From a virus, in the IMG/VR virus record IMGVR_UViG_3300042090_002370, positions 99,860-163,859 of that record: a stretch of 64,000 bases of DNA. The stretch is one strand, 5' to 3'. The notes under the pieces were generated by a model, which was not told the origin of the DNA, did not search any database, and saw only the letters and a list, made by a program, of their open reading frames with translations. The first letter of the stretch is position 1, and each line of letters begins with the position of its first letter. A program made the position numbers and the translations under genes. Of this stretch, positions 63,876 to 64,000 are shown in pieces.

Positions 63876-64000
63876 ACGCCGCGATGTTGGGCGCGGCCGC
63901 ATGGGGCGGTGGGTCGTGGTCGGGGTCGTGGTCGCGGTCGGGGTCGCGGTCGTGGTCGCGGTCGGGGTCGCGGTCGTGGTCGCGGTCGGGGTCGCGGTCG
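63872..64000 (+). CDS. X-Ser dipeptide repeat protein (X = G/W/R), runs off the window
   Basis: GTGA overlap; MNAAMLGAAAWGGGSWSGSWSRSGSRSWSRS... Confidence 0.55.
   Translation, partial: MNAAMLGAAAWGGGSWSGSWSRSGSRSWSRSGSRSWSRSGSRS
63911..64000 (+). repeat. At least 15 tandem NGGTCG hexamers
   Basis: GGGTCG, TGGTCG, CGGTCG units to the window end. Confidence 0.95.

Overview
GC-rich, densely coded segment of a large contractile-tailed (myo-type) phage genome. No terminase, portal, rRNA, tRNA or CRISPR array was recognised. Layout: head module (1-9 kb: intein-containing putative prohead protease, scaffold-like proteins, major capsid protein); neck and tail module (9-23 kb: sheath, HNH endonuclease, tube); accessory and metabolic block (23-41 kb: C1A papain-like protease with a lipoprotein, MazG-like protein, dCMP deaminase, lysozyme-like protein, frameshifting tail chaperone, GroES, many Zn-ribbon proteins); a minus-strand island of promoter-ORF-terminator cassettes with candidate ncRNAs (41-45 kb); tape measure and baseplate genes (45-54 kb); then a cluster of proteins sharing an F-x-D-E-L-x-K-I-A-like helix, including a SNF2-type helicase, interrupted by a tnpB-only IS200/IS605 element. 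Most notable: (1) a pervasive K-x-[A/G/S] motif and FxDELxKIA tag suggesting a protease-processed capsid cargo/polyprotein system; (2) two self-contained cassettes, each a small DUF6948-like gene translationally coupled to a hexamer-encoded dipeptide repeat; (3) 11 copies of a GCAA-N15/16-GGNATAAG promoter and terminators followed by TAGCTAC; (4) two -1 frameshift sites; (5) two candidate structured RNAs. Product calls come from motifs and gene order only; no database searches were run.
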